DNA of 64,000 bases from a virus, in IMG/VR virus record IMGVR_UViG_3300008108_000016, positions 32,001 to 96,000 of that record; one strand, given 5' to 3'. Both the position numbers and the translations under genes were made by a program. Below are positions 61,601 to 64,000 of the stretch, piece after piece. Position 1 is the stretch's first letter. The number at the start of each line of letters is the position of its first letter. The notes under the pieces are model-generated. The model made no database searches, had not been told where the DNA came from, and saw only the letters and a program-made list of their open reading frames with translations.

Positions 61601-63115
61601 AGATGGTATAGTAAAGGGGTCTTCATTATAAACACCACCTGCAACTCTTACGGTATATGTATTTGCCGATGTCGCTCCTGTAATACTATTTATCGCATCT
61701 TTTATTGAATTAAAATCAACTCCAGTACTCCCTGTTAACGCAACGGTAATCGTGTTATTAGTTATCAACAAAGAATTAATACTACTCAATTCAACATCAC
61801 CTGTTGTTGAATTTCTAACTAAAACAGATGTTTCATTATTATTTGTTGTCGGTGTTGTTGATATATTTAGAGTATTTGCGGTCAAGACATTTGTTAATGT
61901 TTGACCTGTAACACTAAAATCACCATTAACCGTAAGTCCTGTCACATCATTAATAGTTGCGGTTAAAGTATTCCCTGAATTATCAGTTAATGTAAAAGTA
62001 TTATCATTGTAGGTAAAACCAGTTGTGAATTTATCGTTATCTGTAATACCCGTTGTTGATATTGTGAAATTAGGATATGTTCCTGTAACTGAAATGTATT
62101 GTCCGTCATTTAATGTAACAATTTGATCTGGATCAGTATTTGTTATTGTAAAATTAGGATATGTCCCACCCGTTAATATTCCTGTTCCTCCTGATATTGT
62201 AACAACTTGATCAGGGTCAGTATTTATGATATTTATGTTTCCTGTGGTTGTGTTTGCTGATAATCCTGTTCCTGTTGTTAATGAATTAACATAACTTGTT
62301 TCACCTGTATAAAATCCTGTTACATTAAATGTTCCTCCTGTATTATTTGTAAACGTTGCAGATCCATTTGAATACGTACCTCCTGTAACAAAAACATCAA
62401 TCGGTAAATTTAAATAAGTTGATGCGGAAATTGTATTTGCGGTTAAATTATTAGTGGTTGTATTTCCGGTCACATTTAAATTACCATTAATTGTTAAACC
62501 ACTAAAATCATTAATTGTTACCGAAAAATTAGTATTATTATTATTATTAGATATTGTTAATACGTTATTTGAATATGTGTATGCGGTTATAAAGGTGTTT
62601 GCATCTCCGGTTAAAGACGTTAAGTCTAAAGTGTACGCCGATAAAATATCATTTCTATCAAAATATGCAAATCCATTTGAATACGTTGCTCCCGTTGTAA
62701 ATGTATTTGGTATCCCCGTTAAATTTGATCCATCACCATATAATGTTCCTCCACTAATTATTGGTGAATATATTGTATTTGCGGTAAGACCATTTAGAAA
62801 AATTGTTGATCCCGATACTGTTCCACCAGTAAAAGTTCCTCCACCACCTCCTGTATTGAAAATAGACCAATCGGATAATGTTCCGTTCCATGGAGAAGGG
62901 TTCAGTTTATAATAATCTGTTCCACCTGAAACACCAACAACCATTCCCGCTCTTCTACGAAGATCTGGTATGTTATTTAAATCGGAAAGTAAATCAACAT
63001 TTCGGAATCCATCAATACCATATAATGGATCAATAACGGGATACTGATCCGTAGGTTCTGATGGTGAAATAAAACCAAAAACCTCAACACCTCCTGATAA
63101 ACTAAAACTCATCAT
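55604..63115 (-). CDS. Giant modular tail fibre / adhesin (2503 aa)
   Basis: Repeated DVFVTGGTYS.G.ATFTNNTGGTF units; two pectin-lyase-like entry motifs (DFNSIKDAI, DFSSIKSAV); YadA-head-like 14-aa repeats; C-terminal beta domain. Confidence 0.8.
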   Translation of the reverse strand: MMSFSLSGGVEVFGFISPSEPTDQYPVIDPLYGIDGFRNVDLLSDLNNIPDLRRRAGMVVGVSGGTDYYKLNPSPWNGTLSDWSIFNTGGGGGTFTGGTVSGSTIFLNGLTANTIYSPIISGGTLYGDGSNLTGIPNTFTTGATYSNGFAYFDRNDILSAYTLDLTSLTGDANTFITAYTYSNNVLTISNNNNNTNFSVTINDFSGLTINGNLNVTGNTTTNNLTANTISASTYLNLPIDVFVTGGTYSNGSATFTNNTGGTFNVTGFYTGETSYVNSLTTGTGLSANTTTGNINIINTDPDQVVTISGGTGILTGGTYPNFTITNTDPDQIVTLNDGQYISVTGTYPNFTISTTGITDNDKFTTGFTYNDNTFTLTDNSGNTLTATINDVTGLTVNGDFSVTGQTLTNVLTANTLNISTTPTTNNNETSVLVRNSTTGDVELSSINSLLITNNTITVALTGSTGVDFNSIKDAINSITGATSANTYTVRVAGGVYNEDPFTIPSYAAIKGDTSISTVIQANDPSQTLIHLSDQSGIFDFQIQGCTGTGVSAIVYSSSTTPQSAAISYVENVRFGANYTHAKVVAYGGANIIMQCSNVKYGGYPFTIGFYSTNSGSGIGRMQLRNVTSTNGGIVTTSGLVFAKADAPSCGFIVNGCLLTKAAGAAAGTGFYVENGGFLRLTAVNFQRWAIGIDAPQIGSAPSIDAIALNFENNTIDVNIAHSGATGKVQGTDNFLKTIINQNAPLYEVNQDPKEITVAKKGGDFSSIKSAVDYLISSGNTSINNRYVISVDPGEFYENEIDLTQTPYVSIVGSNIQTTQILPNTNTQHIIKIGINNEISFLSLSGAPSGYAGIYCYDVGDFAQAHKISMYDCDTNIWIESDTQDTKFYGEYIDYNGEYTYGTKVIGNNGYLALANMENYFNFPTGGNITYCNYATGSGATLSIFVGDNQSNGVSGSTAYYVQDGAGLYCSTITVDGFTYGIRNPNVGLPIRFDVDNASFVSGEWDLYVERIGTFGTFGGSSNHEKVFTVSDDVYWAFLDIEDGEFGITRKASVTFTDGSHTDFTTLIFEGSTMGLLSGGSISVISGFTVQADSGFGYLEKSDNSGIVRRIDWVNNLITLSANTDNYIYINENTNLVSSGTKPITSYNILLGRVVTNSTGVEFIDLSPLNAEHTSNRFDSLFTEALGPIFANGSIVTEGTTPFTLDVTQGDYHFSSNEFLPTGGTGLTFTQYYRNGTGSTWVTTATTLVNNTQYDFNGTLTGLTTGYFTKHTLYTVGEGSYENYFLVLGQNEYSTLVQTENALLPTPPTYFTDGVVQIANIYVQEGTSGITQIEDIRPTIAFRAGGVNASSVHGNLLGLTADDHTQYLLVSGARAMSGNLDMGTNNIVSAGTINGVTIQSHATRHQFGGLDPVGSTTPSANAIPYADVSGTLNDWISTASTTTFGKVKTSSSSTTVVSDNDNRFLNSFTGGTYSGGTLSLSTVSGGSYNITGFSAGNTDVFVTGSTYSNNTFTFTNNTGGTFNVLFNTVTGLTDNGDLTVTGNTVLGGRLVNLGGTTVTDPQYRTSLGGSNISPRATFGVESVGATNQRYIFDPVNQNGLVFAVANNGSTYIARAAIKVGNTNNTISQESGDLQFFTLTGSSFSEKMIITAVGNVGINTSTPSVRLEVNGKTKTTNFQMTSGATNGYVLTSDSLGNSYWGLQSSFTGGTVTGSTIFTNGLSATTISATTYQNLPVDVFVTGGTYSSGSATFTNNTGGTFSVTGLTEPFSGGSGNCITDLYVTNVYGCSPITIHDSIQSPTSYVSGITSFAFGNAVSATTNYSFAQGDYTTSSGSYSHAEGGATTSSGNYSHAEGNGTTSSGYGSHSEGIATLSSGNYSHAEGESTISSGRSSHSEGYQTTSTGNYSHSEGQQTTSSGIYSHSEGKQTNSSGGWSHSEGNQTISSGIYSHSEGQQTISIGDWSHSEGSETISRGNWSHSEGSETISAGKNSHSEGDSTISGAFGYLVKFLSGFTQFDPSIGDITSYFGNYVVLDDYISNSIYGYYEVSGVTFNGSETDLQLMDTSFNSTVILSFPNVRTPFKSDINTGHFSHSEGLSGITHGLWSHSEGNDTRSIGLWSHAEGKETISWGNGSHSEGISTNAFGDYSHSEGIGTVTSGDYQHAQGLWNTTGDTTQGAFIVGNGTNNSNRSNLIFAAGNQVNISGKTITTNFQMTSGGTNGYVLTSDANGNASWQPSSGGSTFTGGTVTGPTVFTNGLTANTVSATTYQNLPIDVFVTGGTYSSGIATFTNNTGGTFTVTGFTTGGTSGTDVFVTGSTYSNNTFTFTNNTGGTFNVLFNTVTGLTSTGTISSSVLSATTYQNLPTDIRVTGGTYSNGTATFTNNTGGTFNVTGFVSADTFVTGVTYSANTLTISRNQGQSNLTATIGLNIKSGTVTAASFIGTPRKYTVTFTNTYPTTNYTIGITGSDNRVFTYESKTTTGFIINTNANAALTGNVDWQTIATGES
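56097..58624. repeat. 98-nt near-perfect direct repeat (56097-56194 and 58527-58624)
   Basis: One mismatch in 98 nt; offset 2430 nt, which is 810 codons and in frame. Confidence 0.9.
56630..57700 (-). repeat. 42-nt / 14-aa tandem repeats (SHSEG..T.SSG.Y), YadA-head-like
   Basis: About 18 units, interrupted by a non-repetitive insert at ~56865-57115. Confidence 0.85.
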
Positions 63116-63128
63116 AATTTATTAATAT

Positions 63129-63914
63129 TTATCCACACATCCAACAATATACTTGACCACTAAACGAGAAGAATGTTCTATATATATTGTATGTTATTGG
63201 GAATCCGTTTATATCTATAACTATCACAGTTCCGATTAAATTAATCGGAATATAATTACCTGAACAACCTGTTTCACTATCCCTAAATTCATTTGGTTGA
63301 GGAATTGTTTGAGGTATTAATATGTAACCATACCCACTTCCAAATTGGAAATCTACATAAGATTCTCTAGGGTCATTTGTGTTTACAAATGTTAATAATG
63401 ACACATCACCTGATGTTATTGTAGTACCACTAAACTTACCAAAATAAATTCCTGGCGGAGCCGGTAATGGAGTTTTTGTCGGTGTCGGAGTTGCGGTAAC
63501 AGTACATATGAACGTTGATGTTGGTGTAGGTGTCTGTGTTTTTGTTGGTGTAGGTGTTGCCGGAAGAGATTTTGTTGGTGTAGGTGTCGGCGTTAACTTA
63601 CAAGGATCAAAAGTTGGTGTAGGTGTTACAGTCGTTGTTGGCGTAGGTGTTTGAGTCCTTGTAGGAGTAACAGTCGGTGTTGGTGTGGGTGTCGGTCTTG
63701 GTACATTTAAAAAGTACGAACATTTTTGTGAAATAACATAAATTGTGTATGTACCAAAAATTTCAGTTGTTGGTGAAATTGATGAAGAATCAAACGTATA
63801 TGGCAATAGATGATCACCCAAATTATATACATTTTCTTCATTATCGGGCTTAAATATTATGTTGGCAATATTACCATCATAACTAGGGCTACTTATAGTT
63901 ATAAATTGTTCCAT
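63129..63914 (-). CDS. Virion-associated protein with a mucin-like Pro/Thr linker
   Basis: A ~80-aa PTPTPT tract between two globular domains; TATTTATA at 63924-63931 upstream. Confidence 0.7.
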   Translation of the reverse strand: MEQFITISSPSYDGNIANIIFKPDNEENVYNLGDHLLPYTFDSSSISPTTEIFGTYTIYVISQKCSYFLNVPRPTPTPTPTVTPTRTQTPTPTTTVTPTPTFDPCKLTPTPTPTKSLPATPTPTKTQTPTPTSTFICTVTATPTPTKTPLPAPPGIYFGKFSGTTITSGDVSLLTFVNTNDPRESYVDFQFGSGYGYILIPQTIPQPNEFRDSETGCSGNYIPINLIGTVIVIDINGFPITYNIYRTFFSFSGQVYCWMCG

Positions 63915-64000
63915 TGTGTCATTTATAAATACAATGGAATATCTATTTTTTTAATCTAATGTGTTTATACCAAACTCTTTCGTCTATAAATTAAAAAAAT

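Larger units (their letters stand above)
7571..63931. promoter_or_regulatory. Dispersed upstream motif TATTTAT(A/C/G/T) on the sense strand; candidate phage late promoter
   Basis: Found ~3-40 nt before start codons at 7571, 9936, 13499, 17936, 29944, 31795, 34345, 34914, 35848/35859, 39514, 41546, 50174, 54519, 63924 (minus-strand genes) and 39558, 43374, 44922, 50247 (plus-strand genes). Confidence 0.75.

Noticed and set aside
1019-62912. Many 60-200-aa antisense or alternate-frame ORFs in the track (e.g. 27890-28345, 57103-57693, 62454-62912)
   Set aside because: They are nested in long genes, have no motifs, and are shadows of codon bias or repeats.
1-64000. Stop-codon reassignment (alternative genetic code), as seen in some large phages
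   Set aside because: Long ORFs are intact under code 11, and TAA, TAG (e.g. tail tube) and TGA all act as true stops.
1-64000. tRNA, rRNA or cas genes
   Set aside because: No cloverleaf or T-loop signature in the short intergenic gaps, and no ORF with recognisable Cas1, Cas9 or Cas13 features.

Overview
An AT-rich 64-kb segment of a large T4-like contractile-tailed (myovirus-type, probably jumbo) phage, read with the standard genetic code and mostly encoded on the minus strand. Structural genes cover tail, baseplate and neck: gp6- and gp25-like wedge, giant hub proteins, tape measure, tail chaperone, tube, an enlarged sheath, neck proteins and a 2503-aa fibre. Replication genes are interleaved with them: class II RNR, DnaB-like helicase, 5'-3' exonuclease, RecA/UvsX, gp32-like SSB, SNF2 helicase and family B polymerase. 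There are two intact homing-type endonucleases and one deleted remnant. A Bacteroidota host is inferred from the mostly SD-less leaders and the promoter shape. The most notable observations are: (1) a cas-less CRISPR-like mini-array (36-nt type VI-B-like repeat, 30-31-nt spacers) whose first repeat and spacer are translated as the C-terminus of a zincin/Mn-SOD/unknown-domain fusion; (2) a GT60, HtrL-like glycosyltransferase and methyltransferase cassette next to mucin-like, Thr-rich virion proteins, suggesting phage-encoded virion O-glycosylation; (3) a probable +1 frameshift at UUU_UUU_CGG in the tail assembly chaperone; (4) a TATTTAT motif before many genes, the reverse complement of the T4 late promoter; (5) a T11 tract that breaks a neck gene. 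All family calls come from motif recognition by eye; no database searches were run.
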